A DNA stretch of 64,000 nt. Source: Callorhinchus milii (taxonomy: Eukaryota). Under the pieces are notes generated by a model. The model made no database searches. It saw only the letters and a program-made list of their open reading frames with translations, and was not told where the DNA came from. The DNA is taken from NCBI RefSeq assembly GCF_018977255.1, contig NW_024704743.1, forward strand, positions 57,786,001-57,850,000. Direction: 5' to 3'. Below are positions 25,520-38,765 of the stretch, piece by piece. The translations under genes were made by a program, and so were the position numbers. How positions within the stretch are numbered: position 1 is the first letter of the stretch; the number at the start of each line of letters is the position of its first letter.

Positions 25520-25835
25520 AGTCCTGTAGCTCAGTGGTTAGAGCACTCGCTTTGCAAGCCAGTGACCTGAGTTCAATTCCAGGCAGGGCGAAACCTTGGG
25601 CAAGTTTCCTTACTCCACACGCCTAATAATAATCCCTCCAAAAAACCAAAAACAATAATTAAATTGGTCATTTTCAATCTACGACTGTTTGTGGGACATT
25701 GCTGTGCGCAATTGGCTGCCGCGTTCGCCCACAAATATACAGTCAATTCACTTTACAGTGTGTTCTGTGAAGCGCTTTGGGACGTCCTCCCGACGTGAAA
25801 AGCGCTATATCAAATGCAAGGATTATTATTATTAT
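25520..25835 (+). mobile_element. tRNA-Ala-derived SINE, short subtype, well preserved (family A)
   Basis: GTCCTGTAGCTCAGTGGTTAGAGCACTCGCTTTGCAAG..GAGTTCAATTCC..GCGCTTTGGGACGTCCTCCCGACGTGAAAAGCGCTATATCAAATGCAAGG(ATT)n. CpGs largely retained, which suggests a young copy. Confidence 0.93.
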
Positions 25836-27429
25836 CATAAAGTCTTACCAACAAATAACAATTGAGTGACTTCGGTATCTTAATTCACATGTTGTGCAAC
25901 TGCAAGGCAATTCCTAGGAGATGACAGAAGCAGCTCAGGAAGAACTGTCTTCAATTTTGCCTTGCTTTATTATATAGGGGCTTAATTATATAGCGGCTTT
26001 ATTGCCACCAAGGAAAGGGGAGTTGAACGACAACCTTCACATGGTGCTCCTGTTATGTGTTATTGATTAACACAATGAATGTTGTCAAAAGACAACTGGC
26101 ATTGATTTGTTCATCTCCTGGTAAGATTAACAACTTAAAAAAAATACGGAAACCTCTTTGTCATGCCACAACATGCAATGTGTTGAGGAATACTGGCCTG
26201 ACTCAACCTTGTGAGGCATAAGAAAAGAGCTGGGACAGTTTCAGCTGTGAAGCGGCAATTCATCCCGTGAGGTTGGGTCGTGAGCCAGAGAAAATGACAG
26301 AAAGAGACAGAGAGCGAAACAGATTGAAAGAGAGAAAACAAACGGGAGAGAGAGCCTGTTTCCAGTTGTACTCTGTCATTGATGAATGATGGAGTTGAAG
26401 GATGAATGGCTGAGCTTTAATCATTGAAAATGTATTAAGTCGATTACCTGAGAATAATAAGGGTTGGTTACAATCTAAATCATTACTTTAGTTTGAAAAC
26501 TAGCTCATGTTAGGTTTTGTTTCTTGTAAAACAGTACGCTCATTGTAGTGACACCTAATTCTAATACTCGGTTCCTGCTGATAATGTCACAATGAGTTCA
26601 GAGCTGAAAGGGTACTGGGCTTTATTTCCTTCTGAATTTCCAATAATGTGTGAGCTTTACTGTAATTAAAGAGACAGCAAAGGTGACTCAACTTAAAGTC
26701 TCAATTTAGAAACAAAGAGCAAAGGAACCAGGTGGAATTGCTTTCATTTTTGTTTTTACTCACATGAAGCTAAAACAATAGGCTCCTCTTTTTTTGACAT
26801 TTTCACAGTTATTGCTTTAAAGGGACATTGTCTTGCCGAAAGAGTGTGCAGTAATTCTTGGGCAGAAATTCCAGTTGTGGTTACACATAGCACCTTTGGA
26901 CCTTTGGCAATGAGATATAAAACGGGAAAATCCCACAAGTGGCCGACATTACCAAAAGCACTTCACTTAAACCCAATGAAATTTCTACCTCTCTGCCTCC
27001 AGAAAGGGAAGCGAGCCAGGTATCATTTTTGAAACCTTCACATGATACGCAAGCAAAATAGTGGTCCTTTATGACATGATTTAACTCAGCCCGTCAAAGG
27101 CTATAAACAAACAAGGAATTGTTTATTTAGTGCATTTTATTGCTCTTTAGTTGCCTATGAATGCAAAGCCACTATCTTGGCAGCAATTGTCTGTGTAGTG
27201 CTTTGAGAGATTTCAGCGTTATTTGTGCAATATCAAATGGAAGAATTATTATTCCATTTAATATGAATACAATATATGAATTGTAAATGAAAATAATAAA
27301 AATAATTTGGTTTTACCCACAAAATATACTGTCAATTCACTTTACAGTATATTTTGTGAAGCGCTTTGAAACGTCTAGAAGCCGTGAGAAGGCCCTCTAT
27401 CAAATGCAAGGAAACACAGGAAAAAAGAC

Positions 27430-28515
27430 TAAATTCAACTGTTATAGCAATGTAACCCAGCATCCTGCTTGCCTTGTATTGCTGCCGCACATCATTTTGA
27501 CGTATTGAGCGATGAGTCAATGAACACCCCTGGATCTCTTTCAGCTTCCTCCTTGACAAGCTCAATCCCATTCATGGAATGCTTGAATTTCCTATTTTTG
27601 ATCCTATATGTAATACCTTACATTTATTGGTATTAAACTTCATTTGCGAGTTATCAACCCATATGCATAACCTGTCAAGCTCTCTTTGTAGGATATTTGC
27701 TGCCTCCTTTGATTCCACAGTTCTCCCCAAATCGGTGTCATCTGCAAATTTAACTATCTTAGACTGGTCATTAATATATACTAGGAACAGGAGGAGTCCC
27801 AGTACATACTCCTGAGGCGCGCTGCTCAGTATCTCTACCCATTATGACCAAACTCCCCAAACAAATATCCTCTGCTTCCTTCCCTTCAGACACTTCTGAA
27901 TCAATGTCCATGTCTTGCCCTTGAATCTCAATGACCACAATTTGTTGAGAAATTTTTCATGTGGTACTTTGTCAACCACCTTTTGGAAGTCCAGATATAT
28001 GGCTTCCCACAGATAATTTGGGCTGTCACCTCCTCAAAAAAAGTCTATGGGATTGGTCAGACAAGACGTACTTTTTCTGATGCCATGTTGGTTGTCAATT
28101 ATTAGATTATTTTTATATAGGCAATCTTCCACTTTCTCTCCAATGAATGACTCCATAATTTGCCCTATTATTGAAGTCAGGTTAATGAGTCTATAATTGC
28201 CAGGTTTAGTTTTGTTGAATGTGGGAACATTCACTTGCTTACAGTACGTTGGAATGTCCCTGCTCCTGATTGACTCCCTCATGATGTCTGTCAGTGCTGC
28301 AAAAATCTCCTACCTTGTCTCCTAAGTACCTTGGGGATCAGTTCACCTGTCCCAGGAGATTTGTTAGTTTTAAGCCCATTGAGCCTATCCAGAATCTCAG
28401 CCTCACTTATATTAAAATCCTGGAGCTGAATGTTTGCTGGCTGTTGAGGGAATGTTATTAGTGTCCTCCCTGGTAAAACCTCCAGGAAGTTATGATTCAA
28501 ATATATTGGCTATCT
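27430..28515 (-). mobile_element. CR1 LINE ORF2 (RT) fragment, degraded
   Basis: Minus-strand ORF pieces LKTNKSPG, KPGNYRLINLTSIIGQIMESFI, NQHG..SCLTN, YLDFQK, FADDT, KASRMLGYI. Confidence 0.85.
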
Positions 28516-28849
28516 CTTGTTCAGTTTATTATTATTACTGTGGGGGGTGAGGCTGGCAGACTACAATGAGCTGCCTATAGGAGTTACAAAGTTAATCTCT
28601 AGAGGGCAGCAGCAGTCAGCGAGAAGGTTGAGGTGTTGTGGAGGAAAGGAGCCAAGGCAGCCTGGGGGAGGAGATTCAACCTGGGTCTGAAGTCATATTA
28701 TTTCTTAGCATTTCAGAGCTGCAGAATTTGGCAAATTCTTACATTTCGTCTTAATTTTGAAACCAGTCTCAAAAGAAACTGAGCTTAGTAACAGAGGGCT
28801 CAGAGATGGCGGGGAAACACAGCAAGCCTGAGTTAGCCAAGGAGAGGGG

Positions 28850-29405
28850 GTATCAGAGGAGATGCTCGAAGATCACAGAGATAGAGAAGCAGTATAATGT
28901 GAACAGATTCATAGGGTAAGGATATTGAGAGACAGGGAGACAGTGGAGCCTGGCGAAGTCTGGGGTGATGATCATGTGGAGTTTGGTACGGGTGAGGATG
29001 TGGGTGGCAGAGTTTTGGATTAGCTGGAATTTATGGATGATAGAAGTCATCCATAACCTAACCAGCGAGGAGTGCATTTGAAAAGCCTTGGTGGATGGTA
29101 ATAAAAGTGTGAATAACGGTTTCAGCAGCATTTAGTGTGAGAGAGGGATGGAGCCAAAGAATTTATTGAAGAGAAGATGTCTTTGTTTTGGTCAGACCCT
29201 GAATGTGACTGAAGGAAGTAGAGCTGAGGATCAAATAGGACCCCAAGACTGTGCACTGGTTCCATTTGTGTGGGAGGGAGGCTGAGAAGGTTGAGAATAT
29301 CTGAGCCGTAGGTAAGGAGATGCTGGTGGGAAACAAGGAGGATGGCTTCCATCTTGTCCACATTAAACTGTAAGAAATTGAGGGCTATTCAGGCCTTGAT
29401 GGCCT
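28850..29405 (-). mobile_element. L2 LINE ORF2 fragment
   Basis: SLGVLFDPQL, FQLIQNSATHILTRTK..ITP..LHCLP. Confidence 0.8.
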
Positions 29406-29689
29406 GGTATTGGATCGAGCTATTATAAATATTATTACAAAGTCGGTCTCATGTCATACTCTTTCAAAGCATTGAAAAATTATCCTCATTTTGGTGTTTT
29501 GTGTATGGAAGGTAGTATTATATTCTACTGTTCTGGTTATGTATTCTAGGATTCTCATTGCTTTTTACATTTGCTTCCTTAATTTCTTTGTACACAGAAA
29601 GAGATGTGTCTACAATTACTCCCAAGGCCTTTCCTGTGCCTTCAAGCTCTGATGTGATTGTATTATTATTATATTATTATTATTGTACA

Positions 29690-30200
29690 ATTATGTTCCA
29701 CATATTTTCCAACTATATGTAATATGTCTCATTTCTCTGTCCTTAGTAAATCGGTCCAGTATATAATCAGATTTGGTACCCAAGTCATGAATGTTTATTC
29801 AAAGGCCTGAGCACAAGTCCTTCAAACATTTTCTCCAGTCACTTTCATCTCTCACAAATACTCTCCGTTTTTTTATTTAAACCATTTTCTTATCCAGTCC
29901 CATGTTCTACTTCAGATACCCACAGCTACTTCTAGCTTAATTAGAAGTCTTTCAAGTGGAACTTTGTGGCAAGGTTTCGAAAAGTCTAAATAAACTTCAT
30001 TTTAGGGAGTGCCGTTATCTGCTTCGTAATGTCCTCAGAGTCAAGGAAGTTTGTCAGGCATGATCTTTCCCTTCCAAATCCAGGCTGGCTGTTTCTTATT
30101 AACTGATTGCAATGAATGTAATCCTCAAGACTGCCCTTAAAATGAATGATATTGATTTTAGACTAATTGGACTGTAAGTGGCTGGATAACTTTTGTTGGC
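29690..30200 (-). mobile_element. CR1 LINE RT fragment, highly degraded
   Basis: Reverse complement has QPGFGRERSCLTNFL and YLDFSKPCHKVP motifs. Confidence 0.6.
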
Positions 30201-32131
30201 CCTGCTAAATAAAGGTTTACTTTTGCCTGCTTTCAGAATCTCACAGGCTCAGTATTTCTCCTATAACAAGACAGTAGTTAGTACTTCAAAAATCCCCTTC
30301 CCTGTCTCCTGTGGTATCCCAGTATGTAAACATTGGCCTCAGGATCTCTTGCTCTTAATACCCACCAAGCCATGAAGAATCTCTGCCATATCCAGGAGGA
30401 GTCAATCTTGTGGAATTTCTCCATGGGATTTCTCAATAAAGAAATTAATAAAGTGACACCAACACAGCAGGAACGCTGCTTCAACCAAATCAAATTTCGG
30501 AGTAAAGTTCCCTTGAGTTGTCATGTTCTAGATGACATAACTCTGGTTGCCAGAAAGCCTCCCAACTTGGATTTCTTAATGAAATGAGCCACAAAATCAA
30601 CGCTGGAAAGTGATGAATTAAGATCCAGATTCAGTTTCACCAACTGCACAACTTCAGATCAAGGTGTGCCACAAAGCATGCAGTTGGAACAGTTGGCAAA
30701 GGCTAGGCAAAGCCAACAATTCCGGTAGCGAAAACTAAAATAACATAGCAGTTGTCTAACATAAAGCCTGCTAAGCAGTGCAACATTGAAAATCTCACAC
30801 GTCACAAAACAGATTCATTGGCATTGATATTTTATGGACAGTTAATGTTTTCAGATCCCACGAGAAGTAACAAGTACAGAAGATAATTTGTTTAGTGAAC
30901 AGCAAGCATTCTGTAATTCAGTAAATATGCAATTTTGCTTCAACACAATTAGAAGTCACACTCAATTCTCTGCGGACAGTTTCCTAAAAAGATGACAAGA
31001 TTGAAATTGACCCTCTGCAACTATGATGTGATTTTAGTTAAGCTGAGAGCAGCTTTGCAGTAAAAATACAAGTCATCAAAATGAGAAAAACAACCAAGAA
31101 AAATGATCCTTATCAACACTGTTCCCCAAATGTTATTTAAGCAAATTCATCAAAATATATCACTGTGAATGTTGAACATTTAATTATGTTCTTTTAAAAT
31201 ATATTAGGTACATAATTTGTATTTAATAGTTCGTAATGAGCATAAATTGCCATAGTTTGTTTTCTTAGAAAAACCATGTGCATTAATACATTAGTTACTC
31301 CAGACAGCTTTGTGATGGTGGGACCATTATGAGATGTGCAACGAAGCGACACCCAGATCTTTTCTCTCAGCTTGCATTTGCATTTTGCATTTAAATAGCA
31401 GCCTTCACACCGGATGGCATCTCGGAGTGCTTAGTTCTAGAATACAGAAGTCTGGAATACAACTGACCCCAATGACCCTTTTACAGTAATCCCTGAAATG
31501 CACACATCTCCATGAAAACTTGACATTGTAAAAATGTTTTGACTGTTAAAATGGTGTGGTGCACTGAAGGGAAATTACTTTGTACATTGAGCTTTCTCAG
31601 GTAGGAGGAAGGATGATACTTTAATAACAAGATAAGGAGAAAATATGTAGTGTTTGAATATAAAACCATTAATTTGAGTTAGATCTGGAGCAGAGGGTTA
31701 ATATTTGTGTCCAACAATGCCACAGATAAAATTGGTGATTCATTTCACGGCTGTTTGTGAGGCATTGCTGTCAACAAATTGGCTGCCTTGTTCATCTATA
31801 AATACTGTTCTCTACAGAAATGTTGTGAAGTGTTCCAAGATTGTTCTCAACATCATAGGAACTTCAAGTGAAGGATTATTATTATTGTGCTGGCGAATGG
31901 ATATCAGAAAATGGGTTGCAGCTGATCAAGAGGCAGAGGAGACAATGGGAGCAATTCTGCTCTGTGCGCTCAATGTAGCAAATTCATTGATGTGGGCTAA
32001 GCACTATTATGCTCCATTTGCTAAATTTGATTAATTTGCCCCTATGTGCTTATAAATTACTGAGATGCAATTTTATATTATAATTTTGTTTTACATTAAT
32101 AATGTAATGCTGTAATTTGAAAATGCATTAT

Positions 32132-32450
32132 AGTGTCAGTTTGGTTCAGATGTTTCTGAGTTAAAAGGCCGTGGGTTCAAGTCCCACAGAAGGATTTGAG
32201 CTCAAACCTTAGGCTAACACTCCTTATTGAAGGAGTGTTGCACTGCTGTAAGTGCAAAGATCTTTGGTTGAGACCTAAAACTGATTCAAGTGGATGTTAA
32301 ATATCACAAGGCACTGCTTCAAAAAAAAAGGAGTCACAATATTGCTGATTCATCCAAATTCACCTTAAAAAAAGCTGCTGTGTTTGTCTGGATAACAAAA
32401 GTAACTCTGTCTTTGATTCATTTTGAAGCATTTCAACATAAGATATCAAA
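32132..32450 (+). mobile_element. DeuSINE-like SINE (family D)
   Basis: GTGTCAGTTTGGTTCAG..GTGGGTTCAAGTCCCAC..AGGCTAACACTCC..AAGTGGATGTTAAA. Confidence 0.65.
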
Positions 32451-33199
32451 CAAGTAGTGTTATTAATTGTTTTTTCAAAGGAAAGAGGTGAAAACATACT
32501 AAAGGGATTAAACAAGGATCAGCTTTTATAAACATTTACCTTTCACAGACAATATCTGCATGTCTGCATCATCTGCACAGTCTCTACCAATCCCTATAAA
32601 TCTCAGTACTGATCCTACATGGACACTTATACAGGTTTTTATAGAGGAATTAATTGGCAATGTACAAATGGGGTGATATTTTCTTCATCTTGTTGTAGTT
32701 TTATGTATGTTGACAATACTTATAGTAAGATATCTCATTCTCCTATGTAGAGCTTAATTTACACCAAATACACAGTCAATCCACTTTACAGTTTATTCTG
32801 CACTTTGAGATGTCTCAATGACAAGGTAAGGAGCTATATCAAATACAAGGATTATTATTATTACATTAAGAGTTCTATTATGTGGCACGTATAAATCAAG
32901 TGTAAACACAGCTCTATTATGCACATGTGTAAACACATATATACAGACCAAATTGTCGAAGTATATAATTATGTAATTAGTAATCAATTATTTTGATTGG
33001 TTGTTAGTTATGTAATTCCTCGGTAAACATGTGTTCTCACAAGTTGCATAATGGTGCTACGATCCCACATGCTTCCCAAACATTTTGCATAATGCAGCAC
33101 AGTGGCTGAACTGTTGCCGTTTTGTTGGTAAATATAGGTAAATTCAATTTGTAGACTTCTGTGATATTAACTAAAGCTAAAATTAATACATTTTCCTGA

Positions 33200-33530
33200 A
33201 CAGGCTCCACGAGCTCAGCTCCATTGGCTCCCTATCCCCCAGCGGATCAGCTTTAAGGTTCTTGTTCTCACCTTCACATGCCTCTACAGTGTTTCACTAT
33301 CTCCTATGATCTCCTGTGACTGTGTCTCCCATATACCTCCGCTGTGCCACCAAGTCCAGCCTGCTGCATGCCCTCGCTCACTCTGCCCCATCATCAGCGG
33401 GTAAATCTTCAGCCACTTTACCCCTTCACTTTGGAACTCTCCCCTGAGATCCTTTCTGACTCAGCCCTTCCCTCTCTGCTTTCAAATTCCATCTGAAGAA
33501 CTACCTCTATTCCTTGCTCTCTCCCACTAC
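33200..33530 (+). mobile_element. L2 LINE 3' fragment
   Basis: LHWLPIPQRISFKVLVLTF motif in the + frame. Confidence 0.75.
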
Positions 33531-34258
33531 CTCCAGCTCAGACTATATGATAATTCACTTCATGGCTATTTGTGGGGCATTGCTATGCGCAAATTGTTGT
33601 CTACTGTGTTGTACCCACAAAACACACAGTCACTTCACTTATTATTATTATTATTATTATTACCTGGGTGAAGGGCTATAAGATGAGTTCTCAAAGTGAA
33701 AGGGGCAATATAAATATAAATCGTTGTAGTTTTTATGGTAATAGTGCTAATCACCCATTGACTGCATTATGAAGTCATTAATTTATACCCAGTGTGTATC
33801 TTTCCAAAGTGCTCAATTGAACATTTTTAACTTGGAACACAGTGAGATTCTCTCTCTGACACTGCACACTTTTAGCTGCTTAAACTTCCAGCAGTTATTG
33901 CAACACACAATTTGGGGACCCCAAGACTCGGCTCTTGCCATCTTTCATCTAATGCTTTCCAGAATTAAGTAAGCAAGGCCCATCCCTTCGGGGGGAGAGA
34001 GAGTGTGCATTCCATTCCAGACACAGGCAAATTTCCATGTGTAGGTGGCATACATATATAGAACTCTCAGTCTGGTTTAGATAATCTTATGCATGGCGAT
34101 GGGTTCCCACTTGTCTCAGATACCCAGCGGCCCAAAACTAATCTTTCACTGATATCTTGGATGAAAACTAATAAATGCAACTGGCAACAATGATGTGAAA
34201 ATGAGCAAGTCAGATGCCATTTCTCCCATGGATGTTAATGCAAGTCTGTCAATCAGAT

Positions 34259-35052
34259 GTGTCAGTCTGATACTGTACTCTTGCCACTAGGTCACAAGGT
34301 TGTGGGTTCAAGCCCCATGTGAGGACGTGGACCTCCCATAATCTAGGCTAACACCAATGTAGCGCTGGAGAAATAATGATTTGTCGGAGATGCTGTCCTT
34401 CAGATGAAATGTTAAACCGAGGTCCTGTCTGCCTGTTCAGGTGGATGTCAATGACCCCATGGCATTATTTGAAATAAGATGTGAATTTCTCTCAGTAACC
34501 TGGAGTCCTGTAACTAAGTGGTCAGAGCACTCGCCTTGCAAGCAAGAGACCTGGGTTTGATTCCCGGCAAGGCAAAACGTTGGGTACATTTCCTACTCCA
34601 CACAGCTCTGTTTACCTAGCAGTAATTAGGAACCCGGTTGTTAGTCGATTGGCTGATGGCTTTTCCGGGGGTAATAATCCTTCAAAAAAATAATAATAAT
34701 AAATTGGTTACTCAATCCATGACTGTTTGTAGGACACTGCTGTGCGCAATTGGCTGCTGCATTTCTCCCATAAAATATACAGTCAATTCACTTTACAGTA
34801 TATTCTATGAAGCTCTTTCAGATGTCTTGAAGACATGATAAGGCAAAGATATCAAGTGCAAGGATTATTATTATTATCCTGGTCAACAATTCCCCAGATA
34901 AAATGAGTTAATCATTTCATAGTTGTTTATAGCACATTGTTGCGCTCAAATTGGCTGCCACATTTGCCTATAAAATACAGTGACTACGCTATTTGAGATG
35001 TCCTCCTGATGTGAAAGGTGCTATATCAAATGCAAGGATTATTATTATTATT
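34259..35052 (+). mobile_element. DeuSINE-like SINE (family D) split by a family A SINE
   Basis: Head GTGTCAG..GGTTGTGGGTTCAAGCCCC and core GAAATGTTAAACCGAGGTCCTGTCTGCCTGTTCAGGTGGATGT..CCCATGGCATTATTTGAA resemble the Deu domain of shark SINEs. Sequence resumes at ~34878 after the insertion. Confidence 0.75.
34502..34877 (+). mobile_element. tRNA-derived SINE, long subtype (family A), nested
   Basis: GGAGTCCTGTAACTAAGTGGTCAGAGCACTCGCC..(ATT)n, flanked by cctgg on both sides. Confidence 0.9.
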
Positions 35053-36577
35053 GTATGGTAGTCTGCATAATGGTTGAATTTACCCAGGGAGGAAAAAATC
35101 CTTACACCTTCTAGAGAAAAAAAACATGTAATGTGCAGAGCAACTATTCACTGGAGGTTGAAAGCTGAACATAATTTTCAAACTGACATAGAAACTACAA
35201 CAATAACAGAATTACATTTGTAAAGCGCCTTACACATCAGGAGGACGTCCCAAAGCGCTGGAAACAACAATCTTGTTTCCAACCAGTCAGAACTTTTTGT
35301 TTGCTTGTTTTGTCCAAAATGTTTCTGCTGAGGGCGCCTGGACCACTTGGCTACCAGCTTCCCTGTTAACACAGCTTGCAAATAATGAAACGTGCTGTGG
35401 ACTTAGAATACTTACTCGGAAAGGACCATTGCTTATTATAGACTGTCGTGGTTTTATTATTGCATGCTTCATAAAATGTTGGCAAGTTCTCCTGTGCGGC
35501 ATTTACAATACTTTATCCCTTTAATTGGCTCAGCTACCCTCTCTCCATATTCTCATAAATAAATCTCGGCTGTGAGATGTGAACCGGATAGCTATAAATT
35601 TACAAGATTTTCAGACTCAACACAATAGTTGTCATTTACACCCTTGCCATTTATATCCTATTTTGGAGCAGACAACTGCTCTGTGGTCACTGGGAGTTAG
35701 TTTCATGACAATACCACAAATATGTTTTGTAACGTTTGAAAACAAACTCCTATAGCTGTCCTTTTATATGACGCTGCCTATTGACAATAGATTTAATTCT
35801 GCTTAGTGCTACAAGCATTCTCTAAAAGACTCCCTTATTAAATCACAGACCATTTTCTCTCTCCCCATGATCCATCAGCAATAAAGAATTTGTTTACTGA
35901 AAATCACACACCACTCATTCCTAACCACCATCTGCCACACCGATGAGCACAGCACTGTCATAAAGAAACGCTACAGTTTCATTGCACAGAGCTGGCCTCG
36001 GTTAGCTTCACAATTCAGAAGAGGGACAAATTACCTTAAAATCAATGGAGAAGGTGGCTGCAGGCTGGCATTTTATACTTTTTCTATCCACATTTTTTTA
36101 AGTGCTCAGCTTTGCTTGAAAGGAAGGCTGCTGACTCAACACAATACATATAATTTTTTGCGTGCTTCTGTGTATAATCTAACATCCAATAGCACAGACT
36201 TTGGAACAAGGCAGCAACCAGGATGGGGGATATATTATAAAATCTAACATAGGAGGAGGCTTTTCAGCTTCTCAAGCTTATTCTGCCAAGTTATGGCCAG
36301 AGACAACTCTCAAAGTAATTTGATTTGCATTTTGCCTGATATATCCAATTGAGATCCGTTCCTCCCCCTTATGTCTTCCCCTTCCCCCTGCAGCCCCTGT
36401 CAATGTTATGATATATCAGATACATAGCTGTGTACAAAAGTCCGACTGCCCCCATTAAGCAAACTAAATCTAGATTTGGGTTTCGACAGACCTATTATGA
36501 ATCCAAATCTAAATTGAGTTTACGTCACTCGGCACATCAAAATGCTGCACACTAAGTGAAACCTATATATATGTAAG

Positions 36578-36896
36578 CAGTACAGCAACTAATCTGCACA
36601 CCACAATATCCCACAAACAATCATGAAGTGAATGTCCAATTTTATCTGGGGGGATTATTGGCTAGGACAGACACCATGTGAAACACCTTTCCCTTCTCGA
36701 ATAGTGCCATGGAATCTTTATTTTCTATTATAATAGGAAGAAGGGACCTTGGTTTAACATCTTATCTGAAGGACAACACCTCCAACAATGCAGCATTTAG
36801 CTAGGACACACTGAAATAGCATTCTCCGATGCAGGACTTGATCTCACAACCTTCTGACCTAGAGATGAGAGCGCTACCAACTAGGCCAAGCTGACA
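36578..36896 (-). mobile_element. DeuSINE-like SINE (family D)
   Basis: Reverse complement head TGTCAGCTTGGCCTAGTTGGTAGCGCTCTCATCTCTAGGTCAGAAGGTTGTGAG plus Deu-like core. Confidence 0.75.
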
Positions 36897-37768
36897 TTCA
36901 CAATAATTGAAATGTTCCATTCACTTATAGGTTGCTAGCCAGTTCTGGTGAAACGTTCTAGGGGTGATACTCCATAAACTGGTAAAAGTTTCCTTTTTCT
37001 CATCCAGTTTTCCCTCTTCTTCACTTTTCTGTGTTACAGTTCCATACGCACCAGGTGTCCTTTATCCAATATTCACACATGTTCTTTGATAGTCAGGCTC
37101 CTTGACAAGTGTCCTGGCCAACAATCCCCCAGATTAAAAAAAATTGGCTTTATGGCTGTTTGTGGAACATTGTTTTGCGCAAATAACTGCCACATTGACT
37201 TACATCTGTAAAATCACTACAATTAACAGTAATTAATGTGAAAAGTTCGGCATGATAAGGTGCTATGACAGTCAAGTGTTTGACTATTCTCCTTGATCCC
37301 GATCCTGTTCTCACTTGAATATGTCCACACACTGGCATTTTGGGTCTCTGGATAGCAGTCAGGAGAGGAAATGTAATTGATTGCTCTCTCTAATGGCACT
37401 GAGGCTAATTTTAGAGCCCGTAAACTGCTATCCTGGTTGAGATCAGGTAACATACAGGGATCTGAGCAGCATTCTTAACTGCATGACATAAGTGTCCTGG
37501 CCAACGATCTCCCAGATTAAAAAAATGCTCATTCATTCAATTGTTCATGGTTGTTTGTGGGACATTGTGCGTAAATTGGCTGTGTGACCTAGTATAGCAA
37601 TACGTTTGCTCATCAGGCCATCAGGGTGCTTGCCAGGTAAGTTTAACATACTTAGCAATATGCATGGTTAATAAGATTTCACAATATAATTTTGTATAAT
37701 CAAAATGCACTAAATATACAACTGATGAGGCAATATCCACATATATCTGATACAGTATGTAGCATCAG

Positions 37769-37812
37769 CCCCCCCCCCCCCCCCACACACACACACACAT
37801 ACAACATACACA
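37769..37812. repeat. poly(C) run followed by (CA)n
   Basis: Directly visible C-run then cacacacacacacac. Confidence 0.9.
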
Positions 37813-38765
37813 CAATAGCTTATCATTGGAAGCACTGTCTGGCATGCTTCCCCCACTGCTTGTACAGCTAGGACCATCCTTCCTGTTAGGTCTTTGGCTT
37901 GCAGTGTTAACAAGATCTCAGTGAGAAGAATTCCTGTCCAGTGCACATTATTGTATAAAGCATAGATCTAGCATCACCCCCTATGTTTTATTTACCATAG
38001 ACTTAGCATCACACGCTGCTCTGTACAACATCCAATATACCATCTGTTCTGGAGAGATGCTCTAAAGAACCACTGCTTTATGTAACTTTATGCAGAGGAG
38101 ATAAGAAGCAATCACCTCTATGATATTGTTTGTAAGGTCCACTCTTCCATTGTCTCTGATCTGTCCTTTTAGTTCTGGGACATGTAATTCTCTTGATTAT
38201 GACATTCCCATTTCCTACAGACTCTCATACTTGCTTAAACAGGTCTTTTTTCTCTCTGTTCATTTTAAGCTTTTTGCCAATGTATACCGTATACTTTGTA
38301 GTCAAGATTCATTACTAATTTTTACCCAGATGGCTTGTATCATTTCTCCTTCTGCTGTTATATCCTCTCCAAAAAGTGTTATATCCTCCCTTATCAACCA
38401 CAATAGTCCTCTACACATCTGAAAGCAACTAATTATACAATCTATGGTGACAATAAAGTTTACATTTGATATAACGGTTTTTATGTCAGGAAGACATCTG
38501 AAAGCGCTTCACAAGATTTACTGTAAAGTGCATTGACTGTGTATTTTGTAGGCAAACACAGTCAAGAAGTGAATGGACAATTTGATCTTGTGGATTGCTG
38601 GCCAGGATAATGGGAGAAACTCAGATCTCATATCCCTTTGAAAGCTGCGATATGATTTTTAGAATCCTCCAGAAACAAGTAGATAAGACCTCAGTTTCAA
38701 TGTCAATGTCATTTCAACAATGCAGTGCTCCGCCCACATTGCATTGGAGTGCAAAAAACACTGTA

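Noticed and set aside
25520..25590. tRNA-Ala(UGC) gene (also 9410-9478, 13472, 34502, 39070, 50290)
   Set aside because: Box A, box B and the anticodon arm are present, but there is no complete acceptor stem, and each is fused to the same body and (ATT)n tail. These are SINE heads, not tRNA genes.
37108..37582. Apparent direct repeat (37108-37200 vs 37490-37582)
   Set aside because: Both are fragments of the family D SINE and are no more alike than other copies.
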